Positions 63,755 through 64,000 of a DNA stretch of 64,000 nucleotides are shown here, one piece after another. The DNA lies in assembly GCA_965112155.1 (NCBI GenBank), contig OZ218107.1. One strand, 5' to 3'. How positions within the stretch are numbered: the first letter of the stretch is position 1; every line of letters starts with the position of its first letter. The translations under genes were made by a program, and so were the position numbers. This stretch comes from Podarcis liolepis (taxonomy: Eukaryota). A model generated the notes under the pieces. The model saw only the letters and a list, made by a program, of their open reading frames with translations, searched no databases and was not told where the DNA came from.

Positions 63755-64000
63755 AAAGGTAAAGGGACCCCGGACCATTAGGTCCAGTCACGGATGACTC
63801 TGGGGTTGTGGTGCTCATCTCACTTTAATGGCCAAGGGAGCCGGCATACAGCTTCCGGGTCATGTGGCCAGCATGACTAAGCCGCTTCTGGCGAACCAGA
63901 GCAGCGCACGGAAACGCTGTTTACCTTCCGCTAGAGCAGTACCTATTTATCTACTTGCACTTTGACGTGCTTTCGAACTGCTAGGTTGACAGGAGGAAGG
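63755..64000 (-). mobile_element. Sauria SINE, runs off the window end
   Basis: aaaggtaaagggaccccggaccattaggtccagtc...gtgctttcgaactgctaggttg. Confidence 0.9.

Noticed and set aside
60220-64000. Lumican or another SLRP gene expected downstream of DCN
   Set aside because: No LRR-coding or lumican-like exon is visible in the remaining 3.8 kb; it would lie outside the window.

Overview
This is vertebrate genomic DNA from a squamate reptile, most likely a lacertid lizard, judged from the many Sauria/POM-type SINEs. The only host gene is decorin (DCN) on the + strand. It has a non-coding first exon ending at 30938 and seven coding exons (36637-36841, 45264-45376, 54187-54400, 55078-55191, 56972-57065, 58326-58464, 60025-60219) joined by GT-AG introns. 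Splicing gives a 1074-nt ORF encoding a 357-aa small leucine-rich proteoglycan. The first ~30 kb is gene-free upstream sequence. Intergenic DNA and introns are rich in transposable elements: L2, CR1 and RTE LINE pieces, about ten Sauria SINEs, other tRNA-headed SINEs, solo LTRs, and hAT, Tc1/mariner and P-like MITEs. The most notable observations are: (1) an 831-bp hAT element in DCN intron 1 that seems to carry a captured CpG-island promoter and first exon (pack-type element); (2) a 1.1-kb non-coding L1-mobilised retroposon headed by CTCF and YY1 motifs; (3) a two-codon uORF ending 3 nt before the DCN start codon; (4) an extra unpaired Cys in decorin; (5) a MITE with P-element-like ends. Comparisons with human, chicken and repeat consensus sequences are from memory, not from searches.
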